This document shows positions 35,562 to 46,188 of a stretch of DNA of 64,000 bases, piece after piece. Each line of letters begins with the position of its first letter. Position 1 is the stretch's first letter. The stretch comes from Candidatus Nomurabacteria bacterium RIFCSPHIGHO2_12_FULL_42_19 (GTDB lineage Bacteria; Patescibacteriota; Minisyncoccia; Phycocordibacterales; UBA9973), in assembly GCA_001786955.1 (NCBI GenBank), contig MFUM01000009.1:552-64551 (forward strand), given 5' to 3'. The translations under genes and the position numbers were made by a program. Under the pieces are notes generated by a model, which saw only the letters and a list, made by a program, of their open reading frames with translations, had not been told where the DNA came from and did not search any database.

Positions 35562-37277
35562 TCAAAGCTCTTCCTGGGACGGCGCGATGACTTCTGCGCG
35601 CCAGAATTTTGTTTTCAGAGTCTTGATGAGGTCATTCAATTCTTCGCTTTTAAGCAGATACAAAACTACAATGGCGGCCATTATGCCTAAAATCCCGGAA
35701 ATGAAGCCTTGTAAAAATACGCCCCAGAATGTTGTCGTGCCAAAAACCGGGGAAAATGCGTTCAGGCTCAAATAAGACACCAATCCTAAAAAAAACGACG
35801 CGCCTAAACTTTGAAAAAAGGTTTTGGTAATAAAAGATTCATCCGGCATAAAATCTCTCTTTATAAAAATCCAGTGCAAAATAAAATTTAAAATAGTTCC
35901 GATGGAATATGCGAGCGGAAGCATCAATACTTCGGTCCCGGCAATGTCGTTCACTTTAAGCAGTGATTCCATAAAATAACGGAACAAGAGCGCGTTTTTA
36001 AAAAAATAAATAAATACATAAGACAAGATTATAATCAGGACAGAACAGGAAAAATTCACCAAGAGTGGGCGCTTGGTATTGCCGGTCGCATAATAAGAGC
36101 GGGACAAAAGAGCAATCATTCCCTGCGCGAGAATTGAAACGGAAAAAATCGCGAGACCGGCCGCCACCAGACGGGTATCGTCCCAAGAAAAAGACCCGGA
36201 ACCGAGAATCACGCGCACAATCTGCGCCCGCAGCACGATGAAGAGAAAGATTACGGGAAGCGACCAAAAGACGATTGCCCGGGCAGTTGACTTTAAATGT
36301 TTTTTAAATTCGTCCTTCCGGCCACCGGAAAAAGATTTTGCCAAAGTGGGAAAGGCCGCCACCGCGTAAGATATGCCGATAATGTTCAGCGGCACCGACT
36401 GAAGATTGAATGAGAAATTAAATATGGAAATGGAGCCGCTTTTTAAAAACGAAGCCAGGGCAATAATGCTGATTAGGGCGATGTTGTTAAAAGCGAGGCC
36501 CAGGGTTCTGGGAAATGAAGCTGCTGCCGCCTGTTTAATATCCTTAAAATTGACTGAAGGCGAAAATTTAAGCGTAAATCCGCAAGAGCGAGACGCATAA
36601 AATTGTATTCCAAGATGCATCAGGGCGCCAAGCACGACGCCTATCGCCAGCCCGTAAATTCCAAAAATCGGATAAAAAAATAAAACACCGGCGATAATTC
36701 CTAAGTTGTAAAAAATCGGGCTTAAAGAATAGATAAAAAACTTGTGAAAAAGCTGGGTTACCGTGCCGAAAAGATTGGAAAGACCCATTAAAATCGGAGA
36801 GAGCAGCATTATCCGTGAAAGTAAAATAAGTTTCTCTTGGAAAAGCGGAGCAAAGCCCGGAGCAATAAGAGGAGCTAAATATGGCATGAGAAAAAAAGCA
36901 GCAAGAGAAACAAATATCATCAAGCTGAAAAAAACGGTAAAAATGTCATTCAAATATTTTTGGGCTTCAGAAGTTGCTTTCCCCCCGTCCCCGCCTACTC
37001 CCGAACCATCGTGAGAGCGGGCAGGCATTTTTGCCGCCATAAAAGGTATGAGCACCGTTACGGAAGCCAACGATGCTATGCAGATAAAAATCAGGTCCGG
37101 CACACGAAAAGCGGCATAATAAGCATCCAGAGAGGAAGAAGGCCCGATAAAATGCGCGATGGAACGGTCGCGGAAAAGGGCCAAAATTTGAGAAAATAAA
37201 GTAAAACAGCCCAAAAGGAGCGCGGCCTGGTTGATATTCCCATATTCTTTGCCGAAAATTCTTAGGATTTTCTCCAT
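35562..37277 (-). CDS. murJ: Lipid II flippase MurJ (MviN)
   Basis: 571 aa with 14 predicted TM segments. The N-terminus LLGCFTLFSQILALFRDRSIAHFIG matches MurJ. Confidence 0.8.
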   Translation of the reverse strand: MEKILRIFGKEYGNINQAALLLGCFTLFSQILALFRDRSIAHFIGPSSSLDAYYAAFRVPDLIFICIASLASVTVLIPFMAAKMPARSHDGSGVGGDGGKATSEAQKYLNDIFTVFFSLMIFVSLAAFFLMPYLAPLIAPGFAPLFQEKLILLSRIMLLSPILMGLSNLFGTVTQLFHKFFIYSLSPIFYNLGIIAGVLFFYPIFGIYGLAIGVVLGALMHLGIQFYASRSCGFTLKFSPSVNFKDIKQAAAASFPRTLGLAFNNIALISIIALASFLKSGSISIFNFSFNLQSVPLNIIGISYAVAAFPTLAKSFSGGRKDEFKKHLKSTARAIVFWSLPVIFLFIVLRAQIVRVILGSGSFSWDDTRLVAAGLAIFSVSILAQGMIALLSRSYYATGNTKRPLLVNFSCSVLIIILSYVFIYFFKNALLFRYFMESLLKVNDIAGTEVLMLPLAYSIGTILNFILHWIFIKRDFMPDESFITKTFFQSLGASFFLGLVSYLSLNAFSPVFGTTTFWGVFLQGFISGILGIMAAIVVLYLLKSEELNDLIKTLKTKFWRAEVIAPSQEEL

Positions 37278-37289
37278 CCTATTATAAAT

Positions 37290-39353
37290 TTATTGTTTAG
37301 CTTTATCGGGTGCGGGTGCGGGTGTAGAATTTTTTAAGGAATCAACATATTGTATTAAATTTTTATCGGCAGGAGCAAGAGACAGGGCAGCCTGCGCATA
37401 AGAAAGCGCTCCGCTGTTATTGCCTTCGCTTTTTGCTATCTGGGAAAGAGTAATCAGAGCATCAATGTAATCTTGTTTAAGGGAAAGAGCTTCTTTTGCA
37501 TAATCTTTAGCCTCTTTAACTTTTCCATCAACAAATGACGCGCCTGCCATAGCAAGCTTGAGGCCCGGATTTAACGGATTTAAGCTGGAAGCGGCCCGGT
37601 AAGCTTCAACGGCTTTGCTATAGGCATCTTTGACCCCCAGCGACCCGACTGACTGATACACGGAGCCAAGCAACTGAAAATTCAGATAATTTGAAGGATC
37701 GTAAGCTGCCGCCAATTGCGCGCTATTTACAACTTGGTCGAAACTTGCCTGTAAATCCGCCTTATCTGTGTCGGACAATTCCGATTTTTTGTTGGCTATA
37801 GTATTTAATTTCACAAGATATATCTGCGAATAAGTGCGCAAATACAAATCATTCGAGTATAAGGAAAGGGCTTTGCCGATAAAATCTTCCGCCGCTGTTT
37901 CCGTTGACGCAAAAACCGCCTTTCCAAAATATGAAATGGAGGCAAAGCGCTCTATATATCTGAATGAAGCGGCGATAGAAAAAATTATCACAAGAATAAG
38001 GGCAAGTATGGAGAAAAAACTTTTTCTATGGTCGTTTAAAAATGACATTGATATTTCTTTATCCGAATTAGAAGCAGCCAGCCCGATGAATACCCCGGTA
38101 AAAGCAAGCGACAATAAAAATATTACCGCTCCCGTGGAATAAAAGAATGAAGAAATAAATAAATAAAGAGACAGCACGAAGAATGCCATCATTTCCCAAT
38201 TTATTCCATTTTTAATGCTGGAAAATACCGATTTTACGCCGATAGCCAAAAATAGGACGAAAAAAACAAGCCAGGCAAGAATGCCAAGATAGCCGGTAGT
38301 AGCGGTCAGGGTAGGCAATGATCCGGAGCCTGAACTAAAAGAAACATCCCAAAACTGGGTATTGTTTATAGCAGCGGGCTTATACATTGACCATGCTTCT
38401 GTAAACCTGTTCGGGCCAATGCCAAAAACAGGATCTTTGGCAAGCACTCCCTTGGTTATTGACATGGTGGCTCCAAAAGAAGGACTGACTTCAGTATTTG
38501 ATATCTGCAAGCGGTTCGGAATGAAGCCCCCGACAAAACCCGCCGACATAAAAAATAATAAAGATATCATCACGACAATAAAGGAAACCATGGGAAAAGG
38601 CTTTTTTTCTTCTTCATTTTCATTTCTTTGGAAAGTAATTGAAACTTTATAAACAAAAATTATAAGGCTGGAAATTCCAAGAAGCAGCCAAACCAGCGGG
38701 AAGTTTACGGAAGCCGCCAACAGTATTGAAAGTAAAATGAATATTTCCAATAAGACTTTTTCCATTTTAGAAATTGGAAAAAATTCAATCACCAAAAGAA
38801 ACATCAGCCCGGAAAATCCGGCAAAAAGCCCCAGCGCGTTCCAGGACCCTAAAACATTGCCAGTTTTGCCTGCCAAGATTCCCAACGACAAAATCGTAGG
38901 CATGAACAAATGGGCGCTTTGGAAAATTAAAACAAAAGCTGAAGATAATATCATTCCAAGCAAGACTATCTTTGCCCGTTTGGGAGTTCTAAAAATAATA
39001 GAAGAAAAGAGCATTAAAACAAAAGCCGAAAGGATAAACCAGAAAGACCCGATATCAAACATGGTGCCAAACAAAGACACTTGCGATGTTCCTGAAAAAA
39101 GAGCTGAAAGCAGGAATACCAAGGTTATGCCAAATCCCGATACTAATAACCAGGATCTTGGAAAAACTATCCGTCCATCTGAAAATCGGGCTATTGCCCA
39201 AAAAACCACGGAAACCGCAAGTCCCAAAACCAAAAGCAGACCTTTTGAAGTTTCAACCGGAATATTGGTAAAAGGTAAACAGAAAATCGGCAACAATACC
39301 ACAACCAAGAATAGTGATAAAAATGAGAGCCTGTCAAATATATTTGAATGCAT
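37290..39353 (-). CDS. Polytopic membrane protein with C-terminal TPR repeats (O-antigen ligase/polymerase-like)
   Basis: 687 aa with more than 10 TM helices followed by TPR-like repeats (AYRAASSLNP..., AKEALSLKQDYIDALITLSQIA...). Confidence 0.45.
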   Translation of the reverse strand: MHSNIFDRLSFLSLFLVVVLLPIFCLPFTNIPVETSKGLLLVLGLAVSVVFWAIARFSDGRIVFPRSWLLVSGFGITLVFLLSALFSGTSQVSLFGTMFDIGSFWFILSAFVLMLFSSIIFRTPKRAKIVLLGMILSSAFVLIFQSAHLFMPTILSLGILAGKTGNVLGSWNALGLFAGFSGLMFLLVIEFFPISKMEKVLLEIFILLSILLAASVNFPLVWLLLGISSLIIFVYKVSITFQRNENEEEKKPFPMVSFIVVMISLLFFMSAGFVGGFIPNRLQISNTEVSPSFGATMSITKGVLAKDPVFGIGPNRFTEAWSMYKPAAINNTQFWDVSFSSGSGSLPTLTATTGYLGILAWLVFFVLFLAIGVKSVFSSIKNGINWEMMAFFVLSLYLFISSFFYSTGAVIFLLSLAFTGVFIGLAASNSDKEISMSFLNDHRKSFFSILALILVIIFSIAASFRYIERFASISYFGKAVFASTETAAEDFIGKALSLYSNDLYLRTYSQIYLVKLNTIANKKSELSDTDKADLQASFDQVVNSAQLAAAYDPSNYLNFQLLGSVYQSVGSLGVKDAYSKAVEAYRAASSLNPLNPGLKLAMAGASFVDGKVKEAKDYAKEALSLKQDYIDALITLSQIAKSEGNNSGALSYAQAALSLAPADKNLIQYVDSLKNSTPAPAPDKAKQ

Positions 39354-39439
39354 AAGCTTTTTTAAAAAAACTAATAAAAATAACGACTATGTTTGATGCT
39401 TAATTATATATAATATAATGCCAAAAGACAAACGCTATA

Positions 39440-42433
39440 CTAAACAACTATGTTGATAAGTTTGTCCTTCACATAAACCACCTTTTTTACGTGTTTCCCG
39501 GCTATTTGTTTCAAAATAGCTTCATTCTCAAGGGTTTTTTTCTTCACTATTTCTTCATTATCATCGGTTTGTATTATAATTTCGGTTCTGACTTTACCAT
39601 TTACTTGCACCACAATTTTTATTTCTTCGTCTTCTATCAAATCAGGAGACCACTCCGGCCAGCTGGAAAGATAAATAGTGTTTTTTTCGCCAAGCATATT
39701 CCACAACTCTTCCGCCACATGCGGCGCAAATGGCGCAAGAATTTGCAGAAATTTCTTGTAATCTTTCAAATCTAAAGTCGGACTTTTTTGAAGATCTAGA
39801 GCAAAGGCAGATTCCATCTTCGTCGCTAAAATCATCATACTGGAAATTGCAGTATTGAAATGCATCTCTTCAATGTCTTCTGAGACTTTTTTGATGGTTT
39901 TATGAAGAATTTTTTTTAATGAAAGAAAATCGGAAGAATTTTGAATGGTCTGGTTGAGACCGCTCTTATTTTGAACACTAGCGCGGGCGACCCGAGGACC
40001 TGAAAAATTTTTCTGATTTTCTGAAATTTTAATACCTAGTCTCCAAACCTTTTCAATAAACCTCCTGGCTCCGATAATGCTTTCTGTCGACCAGGCGACT
40101 GACTGGCTAAATGGCCCCATAAACATTTCATAGACCCGTAGCGTATCCGCGCCGTATGTTTTTACAATTTCGTCCGGATTAATCACATTCCCCAAGCTTT
40201 TGGACATCTTTACTCCCCCTTCACCCAAAATCATGCCATGCGAAGTGCGTTTTTTGTACGGCTCGGTCGTGGGCACTAATCCCAAGTCAAACAAGAATTT
40301 ATGCCAAAAACGTGAATATAAAAGATGGAGTGTTGTGTGTTCATTGCCCCCGTTATACCAATCCACCGGTGTCCAATATTTTAAATTTTTCTTGCTCGCA
40401 AATTCTTTATTGTTTTTCGAATCAGCATAACGAAGATAGTACCAGCTAGAACCTGCCCAGTTCGGCATCGTATCGGTTTCTCTTTTGGCTTTGCCTTTGC
40501 ATTTCGGACATTGGACATTAACCCATTTTGCAATATTGGCAAGCGGTGATTCTCCGCTCTCCGTTGGCTGATAATTTTTTACTTTTGGAAGCTTTACCGG
40601 TAAGTCCTTCTCCGGCACCGGAACCATTCCACAATCTTCACAATGAATTACCGGTATTGGCTCACCCCAGTATCGTTGCCTGGAAAAAACCCAATCGCGA
40701 AGCTTGAAAGTGGTTTTTTCTTTCCCCCCGACAAACTTTATGATTTCCTTTTTTGCTTTTTCAGAATCCATTCTGTCAAATTTACCAGAATTTACGAGCA
40801 ATCCTGACCCTACATATGCAATTTCTTTTATTTTGCCTAGAAAACCATTCCAAATTGAATCCCGTTCCGAAAGACTTAAAAAATCATATACTTCGTTTTT
40901 CTTCTTCCATAAAACATTGTGCTTTGCATTCTCCTCTGGAGAAATAGGTATCTGTTCCCCGTTTTGAAGTTCAAAATATAGATAACGAAACCGAGCGAGT
41001 ACGTTTGTTTTTTTCATCTGATGATAAAAATTAACAAACGAGAAACCGCCAACTTGTCGAATAAATTTTGTATTTGTGTACCCTGATTCTTCCCGAATTT
41101 CTCGTTTCCCTGTTTCAATAAAATCTTCCCCTTTTTCAATTCCGCCAGAAACCATTGAGCGAACGTCAATATGATTTTTCCATTGGATGCACAGATATTC
41201 ATCCTTATCCCAGTGTTTAACAATGCACATCACAGCATCACGGTCTACATACGGCATATCGTTGCGAACTATCTGTCCAGGTATAGGACTTTTAGAGACA
41301 GGCGCAACTACTTGGCGAATCGGCAAATCGTATTTTTTCGCAAATTCAAAATCTCTTTCGTCGTGCGCCGGCACAGCCATAATCGCTCCTGTGCCGTAAG
41401 ATGCAAGCACATAATCCGCTACCCAAACAGGAATCTCCTCCTTAGTCGCCGGGTTAACTGCTTTTACTCCCTTTAATTCAATACCTGTTTTTATTTTATC
41501 GGGAGCTGTCCTTTCGATTTCCGTCTTTTTTTTATTTGCTCCGATATATTGCAACACTTCGGCCCAATTTGAAATTCTAGATTTAACTTTGGAAATCAGT
41601 GTATGTTCAGGAGAAAGCACTAAATAAGTTGCTCCGAAGATAGTATCTGGACGAGTGGTAAAAACCTTAATTTTTTCAAGATTTGGTATATTTTCTTTCG
41701 CGCACGGGCAAAAACTGAATTCTATTTCCGCCCCCTCGCTCTTTCCTATCCAATTCCTCTGCGCGAGCTTTATTTGCGGCAGATAGTCTACGTCGTCTAA
41801 ATCTTTATCCAGCCTCTCGGCATATTTTGTAATCGCGAGCATCCATTGTTCTTTTTCCCTTTTCACGACCGGCGTCCCGCAGCGTTCGCAGTTTCCGCCG
41901 ACTACTTCTTCATTCGCCAGGCCAATTTTGCATGATGGACACCAATTAATAGCCATCTTGGCTTTATACGCCAGGCCTTTTTTAAAAAACTGCAAAAATA
42001 TCCATTGCGTCCATTTATAATATTTGGGGTCAGTGGTATTCACTTCCCGAGACCAATCAAAGGAGATACCAAGCGATTTTATTTGCTGGCGGAAATTATC
42101 GCTATTTTTTTTTGTGACAAAATGCGGGTCCTTGCCTGTTTTTATTGCGTAATTTTCCGTCGGTAAACCAAATGCATCCCAGCCGATTGGATAAAGCACA
42201 TTATAACCCTCCAATCTCCTTTTTCTAGATATTATATCCATGCCGATATACGGCCGCGGATGCCCGACGTGCAGCCCGTCGCCCGAAGGATACGGAAATT
42301 CAATCAGACTGTAATATTTAGGTTTCTTAGAAAAATCTTCGGCATGATAAATTCCGATCTTTTCCCATTCTCTCTGCCATTTTGTTTCCAGTTTTTTATG
42401 GTCGTATTCTTTCATGGTGGATTTATAATACAC
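39440..42433 (-). CDS. leuS: Leucyl-tRNA synthetase with an embedded Nudix-hydrolase domain
   Basis: HVGHP (HIGH), KMSKS, both zinc knuckles (CPSCK...CERCG and CEDCG...CPKCKG) and the editing-domain motifs TTRPDT and GTGAIMAVPAHD. About 155 extra residues sit between KYDLPIRQVV and GSGLLVNSGKFD and contain the Nudix box GGIEKGEDFIETGKREIREESGY. Confidence 0.9.
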   Translation of the reverse strand: MYYKSTMKEYDHKKLETKWQREWEKIGIYHAEDFSKKPKYYSLIEFPYPSGDGLHVGHPRPYIGMDIISRKRRLEGYNVLYPIGWDAFGLPTENYAIKTGKDPHFVTKKNSDNFRQQIKSLGISFDWSREVNTTDPKYYKWTQWIFLQFFKKGLAYKAKMAINWCPSCKIGLANEEVVGGNCERCGTPVVKREKEQWMLAITKYAERLDKDLDDVDYLPQIKLAQRNWIGKSEGAEIEFSFCPCAKENIPNLEKIKVFTTRPDTIFGATYLVLSPEHTLISKVKSRISNWAEVLQYIGANKKKTEIERTAPDKIKTGIELKGVKAVNPATKEEIPVWVADYVLASYGTGAIMAVPAHDERDFEFAKKYDLPIRQVVAPVSKSPIPGQIVRNDMPYVDRDAVMCIVKHWDKDEYLCIQWKNHIDVRSMVSGGIEKGEDFIETGKREIREESGYTNTKFIRQVGGFSFVNFYHQMKKTNVLARFRYLYFELQNGEQIPISPEENAKHNVLWKKKNEVYDFLSLSERDSIWNGFLGKIKEIAYVGSGLLVNSGKFDRMDSEKAKKEIIKFVGGKEKTTFKLRDWVFSRQRYWGEPIPVIHCEDCGMVPVPEKDLPVKLPKVKNYQPTESGESPLANIAKWVNVQCPKCKGKAKRETDTMPNWAGSSWYYLRYADSKNNKEFASKKNLKYWTPVDWYNGGNEHTTLHLLYSRFWHKFLFDLGLVPTTEPYKKRTSHGMILGEGGVKMSKSLGNVINPDEIVKTYGADTLRVYEMFMGPFSQSVAWSTESIIGARRFIEKVWRLGIKISENQKNFSGPRVARASVQNKSGLNQTIQNSSDFLSLKKILHKTIKKVSEDIEEMHFNTAISSMMILATKMESAFALDLQKSPTLDLKDYKKFLQILAPFAPHVAEELWNMLGEKNTIYLSSWPEWSPDLIEDEEIKIVVQVNGKVRTEIIIQTDDNEEIVKKKTLENEAILKQIAGKHVKKVVYVKDKLINIVV

Positions 42434-42482
42434 AAAAAACCGCCTTTTTGCAAAAGCTGTTTTTTGTTATTTTTTGAATCAA

Positions 42483-43457
42483 TTAGGCTTTAATATATTT
42501 CTTATTGATTGTAATTGACACATATCCAAGACCGATAAATATAAAGCCGAGAAGAATAAGAGCTACTGGCCAGCCGACTGAATCTGCAAAATATTCACTT
42601 GTGATATAAGAAACATGCGCAATAAGGAAAAGAGTGCTAACCACCAATACAGCGCGACTCTTTATGTAAGCTGACAAGAAAAGGCCTCCAATCACGATAA
42701 TAAAATAGAGCATTTGCCATGGCACTGAACCGAAAACCTGTGAGAACGCAGCCCCAAGAAAGCCGGCGATGCCAAAGAAATACAAAACTTCCACCAATTT
42801 ATCATTCCATCCGCCTCGAAAAGAATATGCAAGCAAAAGATAACTGGCTCCCACTACCATCGTCAAATATGCGTATAAATCCCCGTGCATATAGAATGAA
42901 CCGTCAGTAATCGATTCAACGACAAGATAAATGAAAGCCGTGCCGTTTGCTATCGTAAAAAAAGTCAGAATAGCACTTTTATGGATAGAATTTATTAATA
43001 AATAAAAGACAAAAATAGCCCCGAAGGTTAGAGCAACGGGCCACAAAGAAACAAAGTCCAAACCGAGCTCCGAAAGAGTTACCATCGCTCCCCCGGGAAC
43101 GAGTAAACCTCCCATGAAATGGAAAACCGACCCAATATGATCCTCCGGCTTTTGTTTAAGTAAGAATGACCCGATAGCGGTAAGAAGAAAACCGAGGCCC
43201 AATGTAACTGATATGCGTCCAAGAGACCCTATATCATTCCAAATCTGAAAAACAAAAATAATAATCCCGATAACCACAATAGCCGCGCCTAAAACATACA
43301 ACATCTTGGTCACAGAAAAATGCGTCTCCCCTTTAGCATCTGCCACCCTCTTTTGCGCTCCCGGAGGAAAATTTAGCTGACTTAGAACGTACTCACGGCT
43401 TATCTCACCCGTGGCTACTTTAGCCAAAAGTTCCTTTATTAATTCTTCTTTATTCAT
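42483..43457 (-). CDS. Hypothetical polytopic membrane protein
   Basis: 324 aa with a soluble N-terminal region followed by about 8 TM helices. Confidence 0.35.
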   Translation of the reverse strand: MNKEELIKELLAKVATGEISREYVLSQLNFPPGAQKRVADAKGETHFSVTKMLYVLGAAIVVIGIIIFVFQIWNDIGSLGRISVTLGLGFLLTAIGSFLLKQKPEDHIGSVFHFMGGLLVPGGAMVTLSELGLDFVSLWPVALTFGAIFVFYLLINSIHKSAILTFFTIANGTAFIYLVVESITDGSFYMHGDLYAYLTMVVGASYLLLAYSFRGGWNDKLVEVLYFFGIAGFLGAAFSQVFGSVPWQMLYFIIVIGGLFLSAYIKSRAVLVVSTLFLIAHVSYITSEYFADSVGWPVALILLGFIFIGLGYVSITINKKYIKA

Positions 43458-43489
43458 AAAATTTAATAGCTAATAATAATTAATTCCGC

Positions 43490-44116
43490 TTAATTTCTCC
43501 CGGGCAATACCCATCCTATAAATTGAAAATTATTTTGGTAATAATATCGATCACTGCTATTTATAAGATTCAGTTTGCTTTTACTTCTTCCTTTCATAAG
43601 ATAATAACCATATGAGGAAGAATTCCCCCCGAAAGGAAAGAAGAAATCACCTCCATTGTTGTAGTTGCTGGAAACTGTAACGCTGTCAGGCGATGTTAAA
43701 AGACTGTTCAGCATCAATGCTTCTGCTTCCGCAAGAGTTATTTCTCTACTCTCATTCTTCTTGGTGTCGTGCAAGAAGATACGAGCGGCATAGTTTTCTT
43801 TAATATCCGGTATCTTGTCTTTATCTGAATCTTGAACCGGATCAACGGTATTGACAGTAAATTTATTATTTACAACTGAATAGCGTTTCTGTAGATAGTT
43901 ATCACAATTGTATGAATAGTAGTAGTTTGTACCGTCAGTACATGATGTATAAACAAAATTATAATCAGTAGAAAGAAAAAGTGACGGAAGATAAGTACTC
44001 AAGGCAACAACAATTATTAATACTATCGGCAGTATAAAAGCAAACAATATGGCAAAATTTCTCTTTATAAATTCTTTCATACTGATATTATACACTCCAA
44101 ACAGCCGTATTGGCAA
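43490..44116 (-). CDS. Hypothetical membrane-anchored protein (Tyr/Asn-rich ectodomain)
   Basis: N-terminal TM helix followed by a low-complexity ectodomain (YYYSYNCDNY). The probable true start is the Met at MKEFIKRNF. Confidence 0.3.
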   Translation of the reverse strand: MPIRLFGVYNISMKEFIKRNFAILFAFILPIVLIIVVALSTYLPSLFLSTDYNFVYTSCTDGTNYYYSYNCDNYLQKRYSVVNNKFTVNTVDPVQDSDKDKIPDIKENYAARIFLHDTKKNESREITLAEAEALMLNSLLTSPDSVTVSSNYNNGGDFFFPFGGNSSSYGYYLMKGRSKSKLNLINSSDRYYYQNNFQFIGWVLPGRN

Positions 44117-45077
44117 GGGGAATTATACGCTTATTTGATTTTTCCAGAACGCAAAGCTCGCCGGCTTCAACGCTACCTCCGAAATTCTTCATAGTATCTT
44201 CTAGTGCATAACAGAGAGCAAGAGAAGAAGAGTCAATCGCATAAGAAGTCAGAATAACAAAAAGTGGTTTATCGCTTAAAACTTTTTTCACTTGAGAAAG
44301 AAGCTTCGGCAACATTTCTTCTATTTTCCAAATCTCTCCTTTGGGTCCGCGGCCAAACTTCGGCGGATCCATAATGACAGCGTCGTATTTATTGCCTCTT
44401 TTCTCTTCTCTTTCTAAGAATTTAATGGCATCATCTTCTATCACTCGCATCGATGCTTCGGCTAGCCCAGTATTCAATTTTTGATTTTCTTTGGCCCAAT
44501 TTAAAACTTGCTTGGAAGCGTCCAAATGTGTTACCTCCGCTCCGGCCCGGAGCGCAAACAGGCTCGCCACTCCGGTATAACCGAAAAGATTTAGAAACTT
44601 AAGCCTTGAAGCAGAGGAAAATTTCTTTGTCGCGTAAGTCCCACCCGGTACTCCGGGAAGGGTAAAGCGCGAAGAAATTTTCTTCTGCGAAATGGCTGAA
44701 CTAATTTTCTTCTCAATAAAATCCCAATGCGCCGCCTGCTCCGGGAAAAATCCCAAATGCCGGAAAGGCGTGGGCGAAGCAAAAAATTTAATTCCTCTGT
44801 ATTCCATTTCCCACTTTTTGTCAAAGTCCGCCTTTGACATTTTCCAACCCGCTTTCGCACCTACTTTGGAACTCCAAAATTTACCATCCGATTTTTGCCA
44901 TTCATTTTTTAGCGTCTTTGGCCAAACCGCTTCTTCATAAGGCCGCACAAAAGTGTATGGACCGAATCTTTCCAGCTTCTCTCCTCCGCCCGTATCCAAA
45001 AGCTCGTAATCGGTTTTACCCGCCATAGCACCAGCGGAGGAGGGCCAATTTTCTGAATAAAAAATTTTGATTTCCAT
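44088..45077 (-). CDS. Class I SAM-dependent RNA methyltransferase (RlmI/RlmK-like)
   Basis: SAM-binding motif LNLFGYTGVASLFA and the catalytic motif DPPKF. Confidence 0.7.
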   Translation of the reverse strand: MEIKIFYSENWPSSAGAMAGKTDYELLDTGGGEKLERFGPYTFVRPYEEAVWPKTLKNEWQKSDGKFWSSKVGAKAGWKMSKADFDKKWEMEYRGIKFFASPTPFRHLGFFPEQAAHWDFIEKKISSAISQKKISSRFTLPGVPGGTYATKKFSSASRLKFLNLFGYTGVASLFALRAGAEVTHLDASKQVLNWAKENQKLNTGLAEASMRVIEDDAIKFLEREEKRGNKYDAVIMDPPKFGRGPKGEIWKIEEMLPKLLSQVKKVLSDKPLFVILTSYAIDSSSLALCYALEDTMKNFGGSVEAGELCVLEKSNKRIIPLANTAVWSV

Positions 45078-45078
45078 A

Positions 45079-46185
45079 TTATTTTTTTACATAAACACCT
45101 TGTAAATAAGAAACAACGGGAAGAAACAAGCATATCGCTGAAACTGTTATCAGGCTCACCTTGGGAGAAGTTGTAAAATAAAAGACCAACAAGCCAATCA
45201 TAAGCGTTGCAAAATAACCTATGTTTAAAAATAATTCTCTTAAAGCCATCGTTCTTTCAATTCCGATATCTTTGTAATAATCAATATTAAAAGTAAGCCA
45301 AAAGGGACTGGCAAGCGATATAGACAAGCTGCCTATGCCGGCGAAAATGTGCCAATAATAAGAATTTTCCGCAAAACCGAGAGGTAGGAAACTTGCAACC
45401 GCCAAAACACTGAATACATAGAAAAATATTTTTCTGTCTTTCATTTTATCCGATATATGGCCATTAATTATGGAAGCAATTGCTGTCATTAAGGCCAAAT
45501 ATCCGAAAAAGTTGCCAAATTGCCTCGGAGTCTTTATAAAAAATAACGTAAATATGGGAATAAAAGAATAATTTATTCTTAACATTATCCCCTGAAAAAA
45601 AGTTGACCAGTTGAACTTATTTTCAAAAAAATAATTTCTAACGTTTATTGTATAGTCAAAAGAGGGCAAAAATCTAAGCAGCATGATTGGAACAACGTAC
45701 ATGGCGGCTCCTGTCAAAAATACGGTTTCAAAACCAAATTTTTCAGCTACGATGCCGGTAAGTGGCTGGAGGGTTATACCTAATATCGGTGTAATCAAAT
45801 AATACATTCCGCTATGGAGCCCCCGGCTGTCTTCGTGGCTGAACTTAAAATGCATTGCGTTGTAAGGAATCCAAAAAAAAATTATATTCAATCCTGAAAA
45901 AAGTCCGGATAAATAAAGTTGATAACTGCCGAATATTTTTATCAAAACAAAAGCCTGTAGAATGCTGAATAATATGCCCCCAAAAATAGAATATTTGGCA
46001 TTTATTTTTATTTTTGGGAAAAAGAATATGCCCGCCAAGGCAACAAGACAAGCAACCATGTAATAGATAAGCAATTCGGCAAAACCAAAACCATTCCTAG
46101 ATAGCCAAAATACGATTAGCGTCTGGGCAAAAAACATTGACGCCATATAGGTAAAAAAGAAAATATAAATTCGTCTTAATATCAT
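45079..46185 (-). CDS. MFS-like transporter
   Basis: 368 aa with about 12 TM helices. Confidence 0.5.
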   Translation of the reverse strand: MILRRIYIFFFTYMASMFFAQTLIVFWLSRNGFGFAELLIYYMVACLVALAGIFFFPKIKINAKYSIFGGILFSILQAFVLIKIFGSYQLYLSGLFSGLNIIFFWIPYNAMHFKFSHEDSRGLHSGMYYLITPILGITLQPLTGIVAEKFGFETVFLTGAAMYVVPIMLLRFLPSFDYTINVRNYFFENKFNWSTFFQGIMLRINYSFIPIFTLFFIKTPRQFGNFFGYLALMTAIASIINGHISDKMKDRKIFFYVFSVLAVASFLPLGFAENSYYWHIFAGIGSLSISLASPFWLTFNIDYYKDIGIERTMALRELFLNIGYFATLMIGLLVFYFTTSPKVSLITVSAICLFLPVVSYLQGVYVKK

Positions 46186-46188
46186 AAA

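Noticed and set aside
36961-37032. G-rich segment in murJ encoding SHDGSGVGGDGGKATSE, considered as another in-frame repeat insertion
   Set aside because: The DNA (ggttcgggagtaggcggggacgggggg) is not palindromic and matches neither repeat family. MurJ loop lengths vary naturally.
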